Below, piece after piece: positions 41,022 to 52,900 of a stretch of DNA of 64,000 nucleotides; within the stretch, counting starts at the first letter, position 1, and the number at the start of each line of letters is the position of its first letter. Source of the stretch: Callorhinchus milii (Eukaryota); contig NW_024704743.1 in assembly GCF_018977255.1 (NCBI RefSeq), forward strand, positions 27,158,001 through 27,222,000, written 5' to 3'. Under the pieces are notes generated by a model that saw only the letters and a list, made by a program, of their open reading frames with translations, was not told the DNA's origin and did no database searches. The position numbers and the translations under genes were made by a program.

Positions 41022-42110
41022 AACAACAACAACAGCAACAGCTTGCACTTATATAGTGCCCTCCATCCAGGGCAGCATCTAAGAGCGCTTAACAGTGGCG
41101 GAGCCTGACTCCGAACCGGGGGGAGGGAGGTGAGCATAAACATAGTCAAAAAGGAAGATTTTCAGGCGGGATTTTAAAAAGAGGAGAGAGGGGGCAAGGC
41201 GGAGGGATGGCAAGGCGGAGGGATTGAGGGAGAGTGTTCCAGAGTTTCAGGGCATAGTGGCTGAATTTGTGACCTTGAATGGTGGAGTGGAGAGTGTGAG
41301 GGATAAGCAGGAAGCTGGTGCCAGTCGAGTGGAGGCACCTGGTGGTGGATTGGGGAGCGAGGAGGTTGGAGAGGTAGGGAGTTGCCAGGGAGTAAAGGGA
41401 ATTGGAACCTCACTAGCTCTCAGTAGAAAGGTCTAGTGAAGTCAAGGAAAGGATGTGAACAGCAGAGTTCTGAACAAGCTGGATTTTTTGAATAGTGGAG
41501 CTGGGTCACCAGCAAGGAGTGCGTTTGAGTAATCCTGGCGGGAGATAACAAACTCATGCACGAGGGTTTCGGCTACATTTGGGTAAGGTACAGTCAGAGG
41601 CGGGCAATGTGGCGGAGGTGGAGGAAGACATTCAGGGTCAGGGACCGGATGTGGGGGAGGCCGGACAGCTGGGGGTCGAACTGGATGCCTGGATTGTGCA
41701 CTGGTTCGGTGAATCTGAGGGAGAGCCCGGGGAGGTTGAGGAATTCAAATACACGGGAGTAAAGATGTTGATGGGAGCCAAAGAGCATGGTTTCTGACCT
41801 GTCCACATTCAGCTGCAGGAAATTTGCATTCATCCACACCCTGATGTCTGCCAGACAAGCTGATAGAACATCGGTGGACTTGGGGTCGTAGCTGGTGGAG
41901 GCAAAGTAGATTTGTGTGTCATCCGTATATAAGTGGAAGTTTTCCCTGTGTCTGTGGATGGCATTCCCAAGAGGGATCATATCAATGTGAAAAAGAAGGG
42001 GGCCAAGAATGGAGGCCAGGTGTACCCCGCAGATGACCGGGCGGGGACGGGAGAAAAACTCATTTGCTGAGATGAAGTAGAAGCGTTTGTTAAGTAGAAC
42101 TGAAGTAAGA
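41022..42110 (-). mobile_element. L2 LINE fragment, second subfamily
   Basis: Minus ORF SILGPLLF..HLYTDDTQIY..CLADIRVWMNANFLQLN..LRHIARL; tail. Confidence 0.9.
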
Positions 42111-42750
42111 AAAAGAAACATAATGCATCAAGAAAAAATAGAAACAGAAATGGCTTTTCTCCTGATTTGTCTTCTACTGGATGAAATTGATGGTTATATC
42201 GAGCATTGACCAACTCCATGAACATCAAGAGTACTTAACAAACAAACAGATGGCACATCTGACGACTCTTTGGGTTCTATCCAAATGGCCTTTCATCTGT
42301 AGCTTGTAAAGACTACCATGCATGCAAGCAAGCAAAGGCTGACAAGGTTCAGACCAAGTAGATTACATTGAGGGCTGCTGTGCACATCTCATCCAAAGTC
42401 TCATCCAAACCGCTGCTGTGTTCCAGTTCATCACTTTCAACTAGTCCTGTCAATTGTCTCGCAGCCTTTATTTAATGAACGATGTGCTGGAGCATTGGCC
42501 AAAAGTTTAAAATGCTTTGAAAGGCAGAGAAAATCAAGCCAACAAAAGGATAGGGAGCCACTTCTCTGCCTGCTAAGCACTAATCTGAATGGACTGAGCC
42601 ATCATCTTGCCAGAGTTAAAATCATCTCTAAGCTGCATCATTCGCAGACAGGTTCCAAGACCCCTTTGATGACAATCTAATCCATTTCCAGGATTTGGGG
42701 TTATGTCTCATCCTACCTATAAGCAAGGATACCATTTTGTGTGACATACA

Positions 42751-43091
42751 GGAGTCCTGTACCTCAGTGCTTAGAGCGCTGAGGTAGAGGACTCCTAAAT
42801 TTTCCTTACTCCACACGCCTCTGTTTACCTGGCAGTAAGTAGGAACCTAGTTGTTAGTCGATTGGTGGATCGCTTTTCCGGGGGTAATAATTCCTTCCAA
42901 AAAATTGATGAAAATAAATTGGTCACTCGATCCATGACTGTTTGTGGGACACTGCTGTATGCAATTGGCTGTCACGTTTCACCCACAAAATATAGTCAAT
43001 TCACTTTACAGTGCATTCTGAGATGCACTTTGAGACGTCTCAAAGAAGCATTAAGACACTATATCAAATGCAAGCATAATTATTATTATTA
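42751..43091 (+). mobile_element. tRNA-Ala-derived SINE, long form, with rearranged hairpin head
   Basis: Body and tail intact; anticodon and B-box region replaced by an inverted copy of the 5' end. Confidence 0.9.
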
Positions 43092-43140
43092 TCTTTGTAG
43101 ATAAGAGTTGTTGAATATCATATCTGTCCAACAGACATTT

Positions 43141-43769
43141 AATAATAATATTCCTTGCATTTGATATAGTGCTCTTGTCACGTCTTCGGGAAGGACAATT
43201 GTGCAGTCCTGTAGCTCAGTGGTTAGAGCACTCGCTTTGCAAGTGAGAGACCTGAGTTTAATTCCAGGCAGGGCGAAACCTTGGGCAAGTTTCCTTACTC
43301 CACACAGAGCCTAATAATAATCCCTCCAAAACCAAAAACAATAATAAATTGGTCATTTTCAATCTAATTCTGTTTGTGGGACATTGCTGTGTGCAATTGG
43401 CTGCCGCGTTCGCCCACAAATATACAGTCAATTCACTTTACAGTGTGTTCCGTAAAGCACTTTGGGACGTCCTCCCGATGTGAAAAGCACTATATCAAAT
43501 GCAAGGATTATTATTATTATTATTATAGCAGTGTCCCACAAACAGTAGTGGATTGAGTAGCCAATTTATTGGTATTATTTTCTGAAGGAATTATTACCCC
43601 CAGAAAAGCGATCAGCAAATTGACTAACAACCGGGTTTCTACTTACTGCTAGGTAAACAGAGGTGTATGAAGTAAGGAAACTTGCCCAAAGTTTCGCCCT
43701 GCCGGGACTCAAATCCAGCTCTCTCGTTTGAAAGGTGAGTGCTCTAACCAGTGCACTACAGGACTCCAC
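43141..43769 (-). mobile_element. tRNA-Ala-derived SINE, long form, interrupted by another SINE
   Basis: Tail at 43141-43200, remainder and head at 43527-43769. Confidence 0.85.
43201..43526 (+). mobile_element. tRNA-Ala-derived SINE, short form, nested
   Basis: Full head to (ATT)n tail. Confidence 0.9.
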
Positions 43770-44074
43770 TTGAAATCAGAGCATAGGTACACCAACAACA
43801 ATGAGCATTTATACAGCACCCTTCATGTAGGATAAGGCCTCAAAGTGATTTAGAGAGGTAGGGCTGGATATCGAGCAAGAAGGAAGGGGAATGGGAGATG
43901 ATAGTGGCCACAGTTGAAAAGGTAGATTGTAAGGTGGAATTTAAAACAGAGAGAACTAACAGTTCATTTGAAGTGCAGCAAACCATAGAATAATAATCAG
44001 CCACGAGGAAGTTAACGATTTACAATTAAGATTGATTCTGGATTTTTTTAGGCCTGATGGCACAAAGTGCAGAT

Positions 44075-44255
44075 TTACTCCTGCTGTGTTCCAATTTATC
44101 ACTTTGAACTAGTCCCGTCAAGTGGTTCCGTGCCATCTGTGTGGAAAGCAACACATAATACAGCTGTTCACAAGAAGATGTCAAAGTCTGACCCCAATAA
44201 CCATAAACTTGTTCTCCTCTAGCTAATCACATCAAAACTCATGAAAGGCTGGGGG
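44075..44255 (+). mobile_element. Degraded non-LTR RT N-terminal fragment (CR1-like)
   Basis: WKA..AVHKK..KSDPNN.K.V.L..KLM pattern resembles WK.A.V.P..KK..P.NYRPISL; start is homologous to 42410-42455. Confidence 0.55.
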
Positions 44256-44374
44256 CATCATCTCAGTCACCATCTAATGAAATACCACACAGAGATTTTC
44301 TAACTATAGCTAAGAAACCTTCACAGTTCTGTCCTATCCTGGTTTCATTCCTATCTATTTCAGAATGCTCACTT

Positions 44375-45460
44375 TGTCTCATCTAACTGTTTCTCCTTCT
44401 GCCCTCACACACTTACATGTGACATTCCTCAGGGCTCTATCCTGAGTACTTGCTATCAATATAATTCCACTTGGTGACATCAGCTGCAGATACATGTAAG
44501 CAGGTGTCACCGAATTTTAACTCTATGCCTCCATCCTTGACTCCAAGATATCTGTTGTTTTGACTGATTGACTGTTGGATATCAAGCCATGGATGAGTTC
44601 TAAGTACACAGTCACTCCACTTTACAGTATATCCAGTGAAGTATTTTGAAACATCCTTCCTACATGAAAGATGCTTACCAAATGTATGGATTATTATTAT
44701 TATAACTTCCTTTAGTTAAATGCAGATAATACCGAGACTTACTGCTTGGCTCTCTACAACGCCTTCTCACCTCGGGTGCTTATGGCATCAACTGCATGGA
44801 TGTGCACTCCACCGTGCAGAGTCAGTGTGGAACCTCAGTGTACTGTTTGACTCCCAGTTATCTTTCAAACCCCACATCCATGTTCTGACACACTCAGGTT
44901 TCCCTATCACCACCACTATCTCCTCTCCCCAAGCTTCTAAGACCTTTATTCAAGCTTTCATCACATCCAGGCTTGACAATGTTATGGTAGCTGGAATCCC
45001 CAGGTCTTCCTTACACAAGCTACAGACTATCTAAACTTTTGCAGACTATGTCCTCTCCAATATCAGGCTCCTTGAGCCTATCACCATGTCCACATCCATC
45101 TCCCAGAGGATTGAATTTGTGGAGTCCTGTAGTTCAGTGGTTAGAGCACTCGCTTTGCAAGCGAGAGACCTGAGTTCAATTCCAGGCAGGGTGAAACCTT
45201 GGGCAAGTTTCCTTACTCCACACGCCTAATGATAATCCCTCCAAAACCAAAAACAATAATAAATTGGTCATTTTCAATCTAATTCTGTTTGTGCGACATT
45301 GCTGTGCGCAATTGGCTGCCGCGTTCGCCCACAAATATACAGTCAATTCACTTTATAGTGTGTTCTGTGAAGCGCTTTGCGACGTCCTCCCGACATGAAA
45401 AGCGTTATACCAAATGCAAGGATTATTATTATTATTATTAAAATCCTCATTCTCATTCCC
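44375..45460 (+). mobile_element. Old L2 fragment carrying two SINE insertions
   Basis: IPQGSIL, NLSVLFDSQLSF, KTFIQAFITSRLD motifs; interrupted at about 44604-44701 and 45119-45440. Confidence 0.8.
45119..45440 (+). mobile_element. tRNA-Ala-derived SINE, short form, CpG-rich
   Basis: Full head with CTCGC-TTTGCAA-GCGAG anticodon arm, body and (ATT)n tail. Confidence 0.92.
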
Positions 45461-46259
45461 TACATACCTATTTCAGGAAAGTATTAGGCACAGGCTAGAA
45501 ATAGTGTGTGTTGGTATACTGCTACAGTTTAACTAGCAAAAATTACATAACTTGCAATTAATAATACAGCAACAACAACAACAAATTCCATTGATATAGT
45601 GCTTCTGAAGCAAGGTAGAATCTTTGAGTGCTGAATAGTTTCAAATACTGCTGCTCCTCCACATAAGGCCTTGCTATACATTAACCTTTTAGCTTGCTGG
45701 TTTAACAAGAGCTGAAGAGGAAGAATATGTACTCTAATGACTGGTCTACTCCTCCAAGTTCTGTCAGGCTGGCTGTTGCGTCAACAGCAGTGGCCTGGAG
45801 TATGGCAAAATCCCTTGACTCAGTAACCGGACCACCAAGATCACTATGGAGGATTAACTGAATTCTGATATTCTAATGCCAAGTACATCACCGTGGAGTC
45901 ATTTCAGCTCTAAGGAGATTTCACCTACCTCCTACCAACAAGGTTACTAGATGGTCATTTAACATCCAACAGCACAGGTTTGAGCCTTCACTGGGCAGAC
46001 AGCAGGTACCAGCAACTCTCTGCAAGCTTCTCTGTTAATAGCTCAGCTCAGCATGAAGTGCATGAGATGATTCCCACCATCCTCCTGTCTGTAGTTATGA
46101 CACCTACCCCTACCCATGAAAAATGACTTGGATATAGGAATCATGAGGAGTATATCCATGTTTGCTATTAACAGAAAACTGGAAAGTGCAGACTCAGATG
46201 GAAATCATGTTTGTAAGTGCAGAAAACAGTCAAGGAGCTCATGCAATGTTGGGCTTCAA

Positions 46260-46990
46260 AAAGGATAATAATCCTTACATTTGACATAACGACTGACAGG
46301 ATCATGAAAATCTGTCAAAGAACTTCACAGGGTTTATTGTGACTGCATTCGTAAGTGAACACTAATTGGCAGCCCATTTGTGCATATTAATGCTGACTCG
46401 CAAATAGCCATGAAGTGAATAACAATTTTATCAGAGAGATTGTTGAGCAGGACACTGGGAAAAACTCACTTCCCTACCTCTCCAACCTCCTAACCACCTA
46501 CCACCCTGTTTGCTCCCTCCGCTCAGCAGTCTTCGGCCTACTTCACGTCCCCCACCTTGCTCGCCCCATAGCGGCGGGTGGGCCTTCCGCCACTCTGCAC
46601 CCAACCTCTGAAACTCCATCCCACAGTCTCTCCATCTCGTCCCCTCCCTCGCCACCTTCAAGACCTACCTCAAGACCCTCCTCTTTGACCGTGCTTTCAA
46701 TCTCCCTGCTTCCCGCTCTGCCTTCCTCCGTCCCCCACCCCAACCCTCAGTTCGGGTTCATAACTCTGTCTGTCCAGCACTTTGGGATGTCCTCCTGACA
46801 TGAAAGGTGCTATACAAATGTCATTTTGTTGTTGTTGTTGAATAGTGTTGTGGGATCTTGAAACATGCACCTGAGCAGGCTGACAGGGTCTCGGTTTAAT
46901 GTTTTTTTTCTGAACAACAGCACTTCTAATAATGGAGAGAGCACTCCTCAGGCATCGCACTGACTTGTCAGTCTGGACTATAAGTTCAAA
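46260..46990. mobile_element. Antisense DeuSINE-like element split by a sense L2 3' end (46470-46840)
   Basis: ..CAGGACACTGGGAAAAACTC | L2 | GAATAGTGTTGTGGGATC.. are contiguous in other copies such as 4610-4660. Confidence 0.78.
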
Positions 46991-49578
46991 TTTATAACAA
47001 AGGGGTCTGGAATACGAGAGGAAAGAATTGCTGTTCCAGTTGAAGCATCTTATTGGATTTTGCAGGTATTGTGATTCTGGTATCAAGCCAAACGTTTCAA
47101 CTGCTTGACAGGGATTCCTCAACCTGGAACTATGCTGGGGCAGCAAACAAAAATTAGTTATTGGAATTTTTAGGAAAGCAAGAAAAGTCAGTGCTCTGAA
47201 GAGCTTACGTTTGCGAAGTGCTGACCTATTATGTGGGAAATGTATCATGTTGATCAAAGGGTCACTAGTTTTCAATGGCTTGTCGGTGAACCTCCATCAC
47301 CACTTGAGGTAAGTGATAACTATTGGTTACTTTTGATGAAAATTTTGGTCAGCGTGACAATTCTTTGTATAATTATCTGTGTGTTCAGGTGGATGTTAAA
47401 GATCCCAAGGCACGATTTGAAAAGAGAAGGGTGTTTCCAATAGCCAACAATTCTCCAGATAAAATTGTTTGTATACTTAATGACTGTTTGTGGGACATTT
47501 CCCTGTGCTAATTGACTGCCACGTTCATCTACAAATACACAGTCACTACGCTTCACTGTAAATCCTGTGAAACACATTTAGATAATTCAAATTGGTAAGG
47601 TGCTTCAACAATTGCAATGATTATTATAATGTAGCATTTCAGGATTTGGAAAAATTGTTGAATTCAATCTTAACTTTGAAGCTTGTTTTATGTTGCTTAT
47701 TAAAAACTACAATTACTGGCAAAACTTCTGATGTTGATAGTGATTTTTTTTTCTTCTACAGAAATATAGCTTCAAAATTAAGACTGTATTTCAGAATTTT
47801 CCAAATTCTAGATACTCTGAAATCGTATAATAATTCTCACATTTGATATAATGCAGGATATACAGTAAAGTGGAAGGAAAGGTACATAAATAGAATAAAT
47901 ATATACCCAAATGGAATTTCTCCGCCATATTGGCTTCCTATCTTTGTGTACACATTTGTTCTGTTGCAAATGATTTTAAAAGAAAAAAGTAAGAACTTAC
48001 ATTTTTAATGCACCAGATCACATTGAAACATTTCAATGTGCTTTGCAGGTAATTGCTGTTGAGTACAAAGACACTATACAATTCATATTTTTGTTGACCA
48101 TCTCTATCACTCCATAATTTCCTTACCCTCTGCGCAACTCCCTCACACTCCTTCACACACAATCATTGAAAGGTAGAAATCTAAAGATTGGCGCAGCCAA
48201 TAGAATAAGTCTTCAGAGCTCTTTGAGACCACCCCTTGTGCCAAACCCAGAGGTCTAAAAATTTCCAACCTGCTAATTGATGAGGACAAACCATATGCAG
48301 AAATAATATACTGGCTTAAGTCCTGAGAAGCAAATAGGCATCTACAAAAATACAGTCACTACACTTTACGGTAAATCCTGTGAACTGTTTTGAGACATAT
48401 TAACACTGTGATAAGACTCTATATCAAATACAAGGATTATCATCATGTAGAATTTCAGAACATGAAGGATTTGTCAAAATTGTCAAATTCAATCTTAACT
48501 TTGAAGCCGGTTTTCTGCACTTTCTTAAAGTAATTTACTGAAATCTATAATTAAAATGTTTATTTTATTATTTAAATTATTGTTTAACATGTCAGTCCCA
48601 CTCAAAGATGACAGCCAAAATGTTTTTCAAAGCTACTGCAGATCAAAGCATAGTGCTGTACATTCTGGGATGTTCACATGTGAGGCCAGTCAATAATTAT
48701 TGACTGGAATTCTGCCATTTCATAGCAGATTTAAAATGATTGCCTCAAATGTCACAAATTCACCCCATCNAAAAAAAAAATTCCACTAATAGAGCTTCTT
48801 TCACTTTGGGAGTATGCCTCAAAACACTTTACAAAGACTTAGTGGGAGTCCGAACTCAGAGTGAAATAGTACGGAAGGGGGTATGTGGCAGAAGGTGCAG
48901 TCAAAGTGATAGGTCCTTAAGTGAGTTTTAAAAGCAGAGAGCAGGGAGGGGCCAGAGGAATTTTTGGAAGGCAGTTCCATAGGACTAGCACTAAGTGTCT
49001 GAAAGCTTTTGGAGCCTGGTGTAGCAAAAAGAAAGGACTGAGCATAGAGCTCTGATGTTAGAAAAGAAAAAGTGAACAAATAGATTTGAAACAAGCGAGT
49101 GCAGAGCCACAAGGACAACTGAGAAGGATAGAATGGTCAACAGTATCAAAGGTAACAGAGTATTTGAGGAGGACAATGAGGCACAGGGAACCCTGGTTAC
49201 AACAGAATCAATGTCATCCGTTTCCTTGACTTGGGCCATCTCAGGGCCATGGACGGGGTGGAATCCAAATTGAAGGGACTCATATAGGGAGTATGAAACG
49301 CATTCCCATTGAAATGAGTGGAGTTCTAGTAAAAATAAAAATAAATCTGGGTTACAAAGGGTTAAGTGAAGGCAGGACTCATGATTGGAGCCTTTCTGAT
49401 CAGAAGAATCAGAGTAGGAAGGAAAATCTGAACCTGATTTTTTTAATCACGTTTGATTGAATTCAAAAGATTGTCTGTCTCTGTTTTCCTTCTGTGGTTG
49501 TTTTTCTCTCTGTTGAAGCCCCAGAATATTTTGCCCTTTACATATTGTCATTCAGTAATTGCCAGACAACAGGGATTC

Positions 49579-50318
49579 TTAACCTTGACCTCATCATCGT
49601 TTTTATCTTACCTGCTCTAACTATCGCAGGTAGCAGTGCAGTGTAATGGTGCCAGGTTATAATTTGCAAAATCAAATATTCTGCATTTTAGAAAAGAGAA
49701 ATTCTGACAGCCCTTCGTTGATTTGTTTGTTTCCTGCAGCTCTGCACCTGTTATATCTTCTGTTTGTGATTAATTTTCTGACAACCAAACCTATTCACAT
49801 TTTTGCTATGAATTGTGCCACTGCAGTGTTTTCAGCTCTGCCAGCTGTCTTTCTTCCTTTGCTTCTTGTATTTCCCTTTCTATCCTTTCACATCTTCAAC
49901 TTCTGAAAAGTTTACGAGAGGATTTTATTAATTCTGGCACACAGAATATCTTTTCTTTATTAAATAGATGGTGCGGGGGAGGGGGGGTGGGGGAATAACT
50001 CAAATGTGTATTTTGTGCAGGTAACATTTGGATTTGAAGATGCTTCTAAGCCTCATATACCCTGTGGATTATTGCATTTAACTTTCAAAATATGTTTTAG
50101 AATATTTAAAATAACACAGATTTCATATGTGCTTTGATCTTTTCTGGATCTACCTTAGAGATTACATGAATACAAAGACCACCTATTTGCAGCAGCAATT
50201 AACTGAGAATTTCAACAGTGTTCAACAATGTCAAATTATAACCTGGTACTATTACACTGTGCTGCTACCTGCGTTAGTTGGAGCAAATAAGATGAAAGGA
50301 TAATGAGGTCAAGGTTAA
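49579..50318. repeat. Inverted repeat pair: 49579-49666 and 50232-50318
   Basis: Arm 2 CAAATTATAACCTGGTACTATTACACTG..GAGGTCAAGGTTAA is the reverse complement of arm 1 with about 12 differences. Confidence 0.93.
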
Positions 50319-51554
50319 TGTTGAACGTGTATAAGTCCAACCAACATCAGCTGAAGAGATTGTTCTAATCGTGAGGTGGTTGTAAATTTCTTTCCTTATT
50401 CTTTTCGCAGTGAGTTCCACATTCTCACTACTTTTCCACATTCTCACTATTCTTTTTATCAAGAGGGAATTAGATAACTGCTAGGAACTAACCCAATGTT
50501 TGTCAGCCTTTCCGGTTGGCCAGCAAAATAAATTTGCTTGATTGAAACTTTCTAGATTTTTGACATGAATCAAGAAATAGTCAATCAAGAAATAACTGAA
50601 AACACACTACCTTTCAAGCACGGACTTGCCTAGATTTGTGCTGTTCAGGGGGTCGCTTTTTGACCGACCCTCAGGCCACTTCAGGTTCACGGGCCACAGG
50701 TTGGCCAGCAATGGTCTAATCTGTGGTTTAACTGTAGAAATGTATTAAATTTCAAATGAACCCAATGTGGTGAGGCAGAAAGGCTTTCTCCCCCCGCCTC
50801 CCCAATCATCTTATCATGTTGTCAATGCTGAAGTCCATGAAGCCTGCCTATGCTTTTGCATTTCTGTTCACACATGATAAGTCTTCTAGCACCTTGAATC
50901 ACATTTGCATTCCTCCGCTGTGTCGGTATCAGATATTTCTAGCTCCAGGATTCTCTATTTATGGATTCTTTTATTAATCCCACAAATTAGTCCACATTTT
51001 TTGTCAATCAGGTATCTGACACATGCTGAAAACCATTATTTGTGCCTAAGAGTGTCCACACTGTGGATAGTACATAAGAGTATTCAGACTTCCATAAAAG
51101 CATAGAATATTTCCTTTGAAGTATGCAATCTTTCCTAGAGTGATTGAATCCTGCTCATCAAGTCCTGGAATGCATTGAAACCAAGACAGAGCATGTGATC
51201 GAATATTACTTTGTAAGTTTACGTGCATTTTGTTTGAAGCCTTTAGAAAATGAAATGCATAGAGTATCTCCAATGAGGCCATAACCTTTTCAAAGAGAAA
51301 GAAAAGTTCTTGCTGTTTATTGGAACTATTCATCAACAAATGATGTTCACAATTCAAAATGTTTCAATTGTCTGTTAATTCCAATAAAACTTTTCCTACA
51401 ATATTTTTATGCATCTGTACACTCGTCATTGTTGCTACATCAATCAAATGCAAATGTCTACAGCAAATTCCAAAAGAACACCACAATCAAAGTCTTCAAA
51501 TAACTACCATAGCAATCAATGGAAAAGGTGACTGATTGACTTATCTTGCAAGAT

Positions 51555-52299
51555 ATTTCAGGAACCTGGGTATCTTGTTTGACCCTGAACTGTCCTTTCT
51601 CCCCCACATCTGCGCCATGTCCGGCACTGCCCACCACCACCTCCGCAACATTGCCAGACTTCGCCACTGCCTCACCCCTCAGGCTGCCAAAACCCTTACC
51701 CATGTATTCGTCACATCAAGGCTCGACCATGGGAACTCCATCCTCATTGGCCTTCCCAACTCTTCCCTTCACAAGCTGCAGATCATCCAAAACTCTACAG
51801 CTTGTGTACTCTCACGCACCAGACTCCATGACCATCGCTCCTACCCTCGCCCGACTTCACTGGCTCCCCATCCCCCAGAGGATCGAGTTCAAGATCCTCG
51901 TCCTCACCTTTAGGGCCATCCATGGCCTTGCCCCCTCCTACCTCTTTGACCTGCTGACTCCCTATCAACCTGCCCGCTCCCTCCGTTTAGCAGGCTCCGG
52001 CCTGCTCCATGTCTCCCACCCGACCATCGGTGGCTGTGCTTTCAGCATCTCTGTCCCAACACTCTGGAACTCCATCCCACGGTCCCTTCGCCCCGCTTCC
52101 TCCCTTACCTCCTTCAAGGTCGGTCTCAAGACCCTCCTCTTCAATCGTGCCTTTGTTCTCCCTCCCACCTCTCTGCCTTCCCTCACCCCTACACCACCAC
52201 TCCCCCATGCTCGGCCCCGAAACTGACTGTTCAGCGCTTTGGGATATCCTCCCAATGTGAAAGGCGCTCTATAAATGTCATTTTGTTGTTTTTGTTGTT
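51555..52299 (+). mobile_element. L2 LINE 3' portion
   Basis: RNLGILFD..LRNIARLR..SRLD..LARLHWLPIPQRIEFKILVLTF..LWNSIP..LKTLLF; tail. Confidence 0.93.
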
Positions 52300-52659
52300 C
52301 AGCCTGAATATATCTCCACCGACGCCTATATTACTATCTTTTTTATGATTATTCATGTTACTTTCTTGATATTGGAAAAAAACATCAAATCAAAGCCAGG
52401 GATGCAAATGTGAGTTAAGTTAGTCTAAAATGTGAAATGGCTACAAATTTGAAGAAGAAACATACATGAAAGTGACAAGGTCTAGTTTGGGGAAATGTCT
52501 TCGTCACAGTATTTGAGAGAAAACTTGATGCATACATTTGGGAGAAGGGAATAGAAAGATATAGGAGAGGGGTAGAGAAGAGGGGATTTGTAGAAGTCAA
52601 GATCTGTGGAGTATAAACTACCTGCACAGACTAGTTGGCATGTGCCATATCATTCTGTG

Positions 52660-52900
52660 TAATTCTATTTTTTCAAGCACAGAGTAGTTAGGATATGGAA
52701 TGCCCTGCCGTGAATGGTGGTTGAGACAGAATCTATAAGGGCCTTCAAGAGGGAACCAGACAAATACCTTAAAAAGAGTCAACTACAAGGGTATGGAGAA
52801 AGGGCAGGCAAATGGGACTAACTAATGCTCTTGAGGTATCTGGCACAGTCACGGTGGTCCAAATAACCTTTTTCTATGGCGTAACTTTCTATAGCTCTAT
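52660..52900 (+). mobile_element. CR1-like 3' fragment
   Basis: CACAGAGTAGTTAGGATATGGAATGCCCTGCC..GGGTATGGAGAAAGGGCAGGCAAATGGGACTA. Confidence 0.7.

Noticed and set aside
46697..47275. 192-aa minus-strand ORF
   Set aside because: Runs across SINE and antisense L2 sequence and has no recognisable domain.
48770..48770. Single N next to a poly-A run
   Set aside because: Sequencing or assembly ambiguity, not biology.
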